This document shows positions 55,168 to 64,000 of a stretch of DNA of 64,000 nt, piece by piece. The notes under the pieces were generated by a model that searched no databases, was not told where the DNA came from, and saw only the letters and a list, made by a program, of their open reading frames with translations. Each line of letters opens with the position of its first letter. Position 1 is the first letter of the stretch. Made by a program: the position numbers and the translations under genes. Source of the stretch: Octopus vulgaris (Eukaryota). The stretch spans positions 56,420,001 to 56,484,000 of the forward strand of contig OX597820.1 of NCBI GenBank assembly GCA_951406725.2, read 5' to 3'.

Positions 55168-55393
55168 CGAGCTGGCAGAACCGTTAGCACGCCGGGCAAA
55201 ATGCGTAGTCGTATTTCGTCTGCCATTACGTTCTGAGTTCAAATTCCGCCGAGGTCGACTTTGCCTTTCATCCTTTCGGAGTCGATAAATAAAGTACCAG
55301 TTTCGCACTGGGGTCGATGTAATCGACTTAATCCGTTTGTCTGTCCTTGTTTGTCCCCTCTGTGTTTAGCCCCTTGTGGGCAGTAAAGAAATA
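55168..55393 (+). mobile_element. SINE family B monomer
   Basis: Full core and tail; direct repeat tatctacctgcctatc on both sides. Confidence 0.85.
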
Positions 55394-55928
55394 TATCTAC
55401 CTGCCTATCTATCGATTTATCTGTCTGCTTCTCTCCCTCTCTCTATCTGTCTATTTATCGAACCGTTTATTTTGCCTTTCTCTCTGTCTGTCTTGTATAG
55501 CTATCTGCTTATATATCGAACTGTCCGTTTCTCTGTTTGTATCTATCTGTTTGTATCTCTGTTTGTCTGTTTGTATCTATCAGGCGCCTGACTTCTTGGT
55601 TAGGGCATTCGGCTCCCGATCGTAACGTCGTGAGTTCCATTCCCAGCTTCGCGCTGTGTCTTTAACCAAGACACTTTATTTCGCCTTGTCCAGTCCACAC
55701 AGCTGGCAAAAATATGCTACTCCTGCATTTCCAAGGACCAGCTTTGTCACATACTAGGTCATGTCGAATCTCCCTGAGATCGACGTTAGCGGTACACATG
55801 TCTGTGGAGTGCTCAACCACTTGCACGTTAATTTCCCGAGCAAGCTGTTCTGTTGACTGAATCAGCTGGAACACTCGTCGTCGTAATCGACAGTGCCAGT
55901 TGCCTGTCTCTCTCTCCTTATCTCTCTC

Positions 55929-55993
<65 letters not shown>

Positions 55994-56368
55994 ATTGACC
56001 GAGGTTACCGTGGTCTTTTTCGTAGGCTTTTCTTCCCACCTTACTTGCTTTCCCCTTTACACCATATATCATAACACTGTGATACACGATCCCTATTGAT
56101 CGTTCTTTTTCCTCTTCCCCTTTTTTCCCCCCTTTTTTCTTTTTTCATTTCTCTTTTCTTTTGTTCCTTTTCCTTTTCTTCTTTTTTTATTTTTATTTTA
56201 TTTTTTTCCTTTATTTTTTATTTTTTTGTTCTTTTCTTCCCTTTTACGATCCCTCTTGATCGAAAACCTACACCAGCCCTTTTTTTTGTTTCTTTTGTTT
56301 TTTGTTTTTTTCATCCCCCAAAAGAAAAGCATCTGTGTGCAGCCCTGTGTGGCCAATAAAGAAACTTA

Positions 56369-56428
<60 letters not shown>

Positions 56429-56622
56429 AATGAATAAATGAATGAATAGATAAATAAATGAATAAATCCCTCTAGATCTGTGTGTATTCTTATTCAAGAA
56501 GTTGTGTATGAGTGAACGAATATATTGGTGATTTCTGTATGTTATCTTAGAGTATTATCTCTAACTGAATTTATCCTAACATGCCACTAGACATGGCAAG
56601 TGTTGTAATACACAAACACTCA

Positions 56623-56676
<54 letters not shown>

Positions 56677-56829
56677 AATACACATTAACGTACACACACG
56701 CACATATACACGCACACACACACACATTCACGCACTATATGTGTTTGTGTGTGTAAGTATATACGTGTAGTGCGTGTATATACATACATACACACGCACA
56801 CACATATATATATATGTATATATATGTAT

Positions 56830-56831
56830 GT

Positions 56832-56876
<45 letters not shown>

Positions 56877-56969
56877 CACATATATATGTGTATGGATATA
56901 TTTCTGTATACATATATATGTATCTTCGTATGCATGTATAAATGTATATAAACGTATATGTATGTATAT

Positions 56970-57029
<60 letters not shown>

Positions 57030-57109
57030 CACATATATATGTGCTTGAATATATTTCTGTATACATATATATGTATATATGCATGTATAAATGTATATAA
57101 ACGTATATG

Positions 57110-57175
<66 letters not shown>

Positions 57176-57268
57176 CACATATATATGTGCTTGAATATAT
57201 TTCTGTATACATATATATGTATCTTCGTATGCATGTATAAATGTATATAAACGTATATGTATGTATAT

Positions 57269-57325
<57 letters not shown>
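56830..57325. repeat. Compound minisatellite: three copies of a ~140-160-bp (TA)-rich unit
   Basis: atttctgtatacat...gcatgtataaatgtatataaacgtatatg repeated three times. Confidence 0.75.
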
Positions 57326-57326
<1 letters not shown>

Positions 57327-57422
57327 CATATATGTATGTAAATATATATATGTACCCCTCCCTCTCTATCTGTCTATCTCCCACTACCTCTTTCTCTCTC
57401 CCTATCTATCTATCTATCTATG

Positions 57423-57507
<85 letters not shown>

Positions 57508-57887
57508 GTCGCAACGTTTTTTTGCACACACATATCAATCCACAGGATGCATTTATGTAATTTTCTTGAGAATGATGTAAGGTCAAGCCGGGAGGAGAAA
57601 TCTTGCTGTCGGCATTGAACGACGTTACGATACGTACATAATTGACATGACGTTTCTGACGTGTACATAGAATTATACGGTTATAGGAGATATAGAAGAA
57701 TTAGCGAGTGGTTAGTAGCTTGAGGGATGATGCTGGCGGTCGTTAACAGGCAACCGATTGTTCGTTCCTCATCTTGTTCGTTCCTCATTTTGTTCGTTTT
57801 CTAACATTGAAAGCATACACACACGCAATACACTCCCTGCCACATATATACACACATGCATATAAACACTGATTTGATAACGTATGC

Positions 57888-57952
<65 letters not shown>

Positions 57953-58421
57953 CAGAAACATATACGTTCATTGTATATCTGACTTAATGCTGTAATGTAC
58001 AATTGTCTTAAGCCCCGAGTTCGCGATCATTATTCGATTCCCTATGGAAGACAAAATCGATCAGTTGCTTCTCGCTTTCTCTCTCTCTCTTTTCTGTTTG
58101 TCTGTCTATATGTCTTTCTCTCTCTGCACACACACAGAGACGCACACACACACACATGTTTATGTGTGCGTATATATAAATATATGTCTATGTATCTCTC
58201 CTCTTTCGCTATATGAATACATACATATACGCGCGCGCGCGCACAAAGACAGACATACACACACATATCCCCGCTTTCGTAACTTTTGACTATAAAGATA
58301 ATATACGTGTGCATGTGTGTGTGTGTGTGTGTGTATGTTTGTATATTCATATATATCTGTATATATGTATATAATATACATTTATACATATGCATATACA
58401 TATCTACACATGTACATATAA

Positions 58422-58475
<54 letters not shown>

Positions 58476-58616
58476 CTTCATATGTATGTAAATCCTTTCT
58501 GTCGGAGAGCGTAGGCTCGAAACATAAAAGACTTTTTCATTTTTCCCGAGCGTTAAACAAATACACCTGCTTCTTCTTCCAACACATGTCTTCGCCTTTT
58601 GATTTCTGCAAATTTG

Positions 58617-58654
<38 letters not shown>

Positions 58655-58656
<2 letters not shown>

Positions 58657-58921
58657 TGGTCAGACCTGGCTGCAGACCGTGATGTCTGGCGCCACACGAT
58701 CTTCAAAGCAGTCAGCAAGTTTGAGGAACAAAGAAGAGACACACTTAAAGACAAGAGACGCAGGAGGAAGGCGCGAGTCGCCTCTGACACCACACCGGAT
58801 GTTACCTTCGTCTGTGGACACTGCTAACGGACCCGCCTTTCCCATATTGGACTTGTCAGTCATGAGCGTGCATGCACGCGACGTGGACAGCCTTCCTGAT
58901 CTTCGTTCGCGAAGCCAAGTC

Positions 58922-58975
<54 letters not shown>
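58655..58975 (+). mobile_element. RTE-clade LINE 3' end with (TAA)n tail
   Basis: WSDLAADRDVWRHTI...KDKRRRRKAR...FVCGHC*RTRLSHIGLVSHERAC, very short UTR, (TAA)n tail. Confidence 0.88.
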
Positions 58976-59002
58976 TAATAGTATATATATATATATATAT
59001 AC

Positions 59003-59116
59003 TAGCAGTATAACCCGGCCTTGCACGATTATTAAGCCAATCAAGTTCTTTATTTCAAACCAAACTAAGTAATATCGACGTCGAATTTGGGCAAAATCCG
59101 TTGAAATTGGTTCTAT

Positions 59117-59176
<60 letters not shown>

Positions 59177-62137
59177 ATATAATATAAATATATATGGGCA
59201 ACAGACACGAACACACATGTATGTACGTACACATATTGCATGTTTTGTGCATGCATATATGTTCATTTCACTAAGAAAAATGATCGTTTTTTTTTGCGTG
59301 GAATCAACTACTAATATGCTACAAAACCCTTGAGTGGGTGTGGTAGAAGCCTCGGAAATTGTACCCATTTATATTGTGCAATTCACTGACAAATTGCTAC
59401 TCACCTCTTTGTTTCTTTGTTGTTAAATAAATGGATTGTCAACAAAACACTTTTTTACTCGGCGTAAAATAAAAACAAAACTCTTTCGCACCCAAAGTAA
59501 TGTGTGTGAGAGAGGGGGGTAGATAGATGAACGATTTAAAATAAATAAATGATTTAAAATAAATATATTGTAATTGTTGTGTGAGAAAGTATATATACTA
59601 TAATTATAAAATATAGTGTCTTTCAAAAACATCCTGAATTTGAACACTATATCTCGTGTTTAAGAAAAGACAAAACATTTTACATTTTATATTTTATGAA
59701 CATCGTCACTTACTCTCTCTCTCCCTCCCTCTCTCACTTTGTCTTTCCCGTGAAACTCTCTGCTTCTCTTCCACTTTTCTTTTATCTTGTTTTTTTTTGT
59801 TAGACGCCGTCAGAAAGCTATGGCTGAAAATAGATTTTTATGAACGTCGTCACTTACTCTCTCTTCCTCTCTCACTTTGTATTTCCCGTGAAACTCTCTG
59901 CCTCTCTTCTTCCACTTTTCTTTATCTTGTTTTTTTTTTGTTAGACGCCGTCAAAAAGATATGGCTGAAAATAGATTTTTACCGCAAAATGTTATGCCCG
60001 AAAATAGATTTTTACCGCTATCCGCGGGCGCCTTGGGAAAAAAATAAGTTGACAAAACCCAGATAGGATGTTGTCGAATGTCCTCCTAAAATTTGAGCGA
60101 CATGCGTGCTAATTTGTGGATGTGCATAAACTACAATCACGTACACACACACACATCTTGCCGTATATATATACAGATATATATAAATATATATGTATTC
60201 CCAACCACATGGTTCTGGGTTCAGTACTATTGTCCTCCCTGTTGTATAGAAATGTACGGCTGCAGCGAAATTCATTTTTGAACTTTCTTCTATTGAAGGC
60301 ACTTTAACAAAAATGCTTCCTTAAAGACGGTGAAAATATTGTCAATTTCGCCAAACAGGGACAGAATTCAATTTTTAAACAAAGGGTGAGGGTTACGGTT
60401 TACAATTATTTAACAAATGCAACACAACAACGTTTCCCTGACGAGGAACCAACAAACGTGATTACAATAGTCAAACAGTAATAATAATAACAACAAACCT
60501 TTTTAATTTATCCCGATTTATGTGAAACCACTTATTCAAGTTCAAGTCATTGATGCAATTTTATACGAATTGCTAATATACACACACACGCATAATAAGG
60601 GTGAAAAATTGAAAATTAATTTGATTAATATGAATTGAAAACCAGTGGTGTAGCATATAAGACCATAGCGGATCTTCTTCTAGCAAAATGGATGACCACT
60701 GTTAATGGTTCATCCATGTTATATAATACTTTCACTTTAATAGTTTCAGTATTAAAGTGAAAGTCTGCATTACAATAGAGAGATGTTTTTGTTTCACTTT
60801 TAACACGGAATACTGAAATAGTGGAGAAGATATGATATTGCTGTGGGGTCGCCCTAGGGAAAAAGTTAAGATTTTTGGCCGATGACACTCCCCGGACCTT
60901 AAGTAAGGCATGTGTAAAATTTGAATGAAATTGGTTGTGTAGTTCTCAAGTTTTAGGGAAACACACAGACAGACAGACACACATTCTCAGTTTTATATAT
61001 ATACTAGCATTATGACCCGTCGTTGCCGGGTCATAGTGCTAGTGCATGTATATATGTGTATATATATGTGTACATATTACATGTACATCTATATATATAT
61101 ATACATCTACACATAAAATACAAAATACAAAGTTATATCTTGATATCGCTAGTGATAACAATACTCAAAATATATAACAGACTGGAATTGTTAGCCCGTC
61201 TCTTGTAATTTCGATCAATTGTATCTTGTCCTCCCTCTTGTATGAAAGTATGGCTACAATCCAGCCTACCTCTACTTCTGGGGGGGGTACATTTTTAATC
61301 TTTATCCGGGACGTCCTACGTCACAGATATAAAGGTAAAAATGAAATATTTCCATTTAGCAAGGTTCGAGTCGAGTACTCCCTTGACTCGAACTTTGCTT
61401 CTATTGTGGCGAATTTACCGCCTCTGGTTAGATATCTCTCATAGTCGCACCAAGACATGGACCCTAAGTAAGGCATGTGTAAAATTTGAATGAAATTGGT
61501 TGTGTAGTTCTCAAGTTTTAGGGAAACACACAGACAGACAGACACACATTCTCAGTTTTATATATATACTAGTATTATGACCCGTCGTTGCCGGGTCATA
61601 GTGCTAGTGCATGTATATATGTGTATATATATGTGTACATATTACATATTACATGTACATCTATATATATATATACATCTACACATAAAATACAAAATAC
61701 AAAGTTATATCTTGATATCGCTAGTGATAACAATACTCAAAATATATAACAGACTGGAATTGTTAGCCCGTCTCTTGTAATTTCGATCAATTGTATCTTG
61801 TCCTCCCTCTTGTATGAAAGTATGGCTACAATCCAGCCTACCTCTACTTCTGGGGGGGGGGGTACATTTTTAATCTTTATCCGGGACGTCCTACGTCACA
61901 GATATAAAGGTAAAAATGAAATATTTCCACTTAGCAAGGTTCGAGTCGAGTACTCCCTTGACTCGAACTTTGCTTCTATTGTGGCGAATTTACCGCCTCT
62001 GGTTAGATATCTCTCATAGTCGCACCAAGACATGGACCCTAAGTAAGGCATGTGTAAAATTTGAATGAAATTGGTTTTGTAATTCTCAAGTTTTAGGGAA
62101 ACACACAGACAGACAGACACACACACATTCTCAGTTT

Positions 62138-62148
<11 letters not shown>
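59003..62148 (-). mobile_element. Head-to-tail Helitron-like cluster: two near-identical ~570-bp units plus a longer element with the same 5' end
   Basis: Minus-strand 5' tatatataaaactgagaatgtgtgtctgtctg at ~62145, 61565, 61000; 3' hairpin + CTAG at ~61568, 61003, 59003. Confidence 0.8.
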
Positions 62149-62189
<41 letters not shown>

Positions 62190-62390
62190 CTTACATACAT
62201 ACATACAAACATACATACATACATACATACATACATACATACATACATACATACATACATACATACATACATGCATATATATATATCTATATACATATAT
62301 ATATGTACATTTATATATTTAAATATGTATGTATGTATGTATATATATACAGACAGACAGACACGCACACACACACATACACACACACAC

Positions 62391-62434
<44 letters not shown>

Positions 62435-62938
62435 ACATACATGCACACACCAATCTTATCTTTAATTGCCGCAAAATTGGCTCAAAGGCTTAAGGTTTCG
62501 TGCATCGCACTTATGAACTTTCTGCCGATTAAGATTAATAAAAAAGATATATATATATAGATATATATATATATATATATATGTAGTCATATGCCGACTT
62601 TCAATTGTTCTCTTTGTTCTTTTAAATATGATTGTGTTTGTATATGTGTGTATAGAGAGGATGTAAGTATTGTAAGTATATATATATATATATGTGTGTG
62701 TTTGTGTGTGTGTGTGTAGATAGAGAGAGATGTAAGTATATATATTTGTGTGTGTGAGTGTATGCGTTGATGCATACATCCGTATTTTTGTTTATCTTTC
62801 TTGTTTTAGTCTTTGAAACACGGCCATGCAGGGCTACCGTCTTGGAAACTTCTTAAATGTGGTGCATATTCTCTAGGTTTCTCTTGCCGAACAGCAAAAT
62901 CAAAGGTGCACAAGCAAATATCGAATATCAAGCAGTTA

Positions 62939-62973
<35 letters not shown>

Positions 62974-63702
62974 TCACACACACACACACGCATGTATATA
63001 AGTACAAACATGCATACATATATACAAATACGCACACACAGCTGTCACATTGCCTTTCAAAAAGATTAGCTTTTTGCTCGCTTAAATATGAAAACTGAAA
63101 TGTTTTATTAAGTTTTTCTGATGTTATCTCCTTTTCCTTTTGAGACTTGCTGACATTTACCGCTAAGTTTTTGTTTTCGTTCTCTGAGAGGCAAATTTCG
63201 AGTCATCAAGAATTATTCTTTTTGCATACATCATTCAATTTATCCACTGGAACTATATAATTTCACTCTAGAAGTCACAAATTTGTGATCTCTAGTTTAC
63301 GAAATGATATAAATTCCTGTTGTGTCAAGAAGAGAATTTCAACGTTTTGAGCGGGTTTTTTCCTTAGAAAAATATTTATAAAGGAGCTTTTATTTTTTTT
63401 TATGACTTATGATGTGCAAGAAAAGGTTTGATCATTTTCGGGACCTTCGAGGCTGGTGATTGATACGAGGGGAGTTTTTCTCACATCAGAGTCCTGCAAA
63501 GAATTCTCTCAACAGTATGGACCCTGGAAAAGTCACCTATGGCCAGAGCAGGCAGTAGTGATGTTATATCATGTGAACACGCTTTGCACCACATAGTTTC
63601 GGGTTCCTTCCCTCTTGGGAAAGTATCTTCTACTTTAGCTCCAGGTCAACCAATACCTTGTGAGTGTATTTGATAGACAGAAACTGTGGTGACGTCCGTC
63701 AT

Positions 63703-64000
<298 letters not shown>

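Noticed and set aside
58286-58978. 230-aa ORF, the longest in the track
   Set aside because: Runs through microsatellites and reads the RTE fragment in the wrong frame

Overview
AT-rich, repeat-dense eukaryotic DNA. The SINE and microsatellite content looks like a cephalopod (Octopus-like) genome; this is from recognition, not a search. The only host gene I can support is the 3' part of ribosomal protein S16 (RPS16): four GT-AG coding exons at 874-6729 on the + strand, with the first coding exon upstream of the window and a decayed piggyBac transposase in one intron. The remaining ~56 kb is non-genic mobile DNA. It contains several tRNA-derived SINE families, decayed LINE fragments (Tx1/L1-like, R4/Dong-like, RTE), a Penelope-like element (RT thumb + GIY-YIG), Tc1 and mariner remnants, MITEs, Helitron/Helentron-type elements and long (TA)n/(CA)n/(TATC)n tracts. 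Almost all entries in the ORF track are microsatellite or TE artefacts. The most notable hidden layer is a set of about nine hammerhead-ribozyme-like motifs (one canonical, the others variant or decayed) and fold-back inverted repeats in Penelope-type termini next to microsatellites. Also notable is a SINE with a Tx1-LINE-like tail that forms head-less tandem arrays with the same junction at independent loci.
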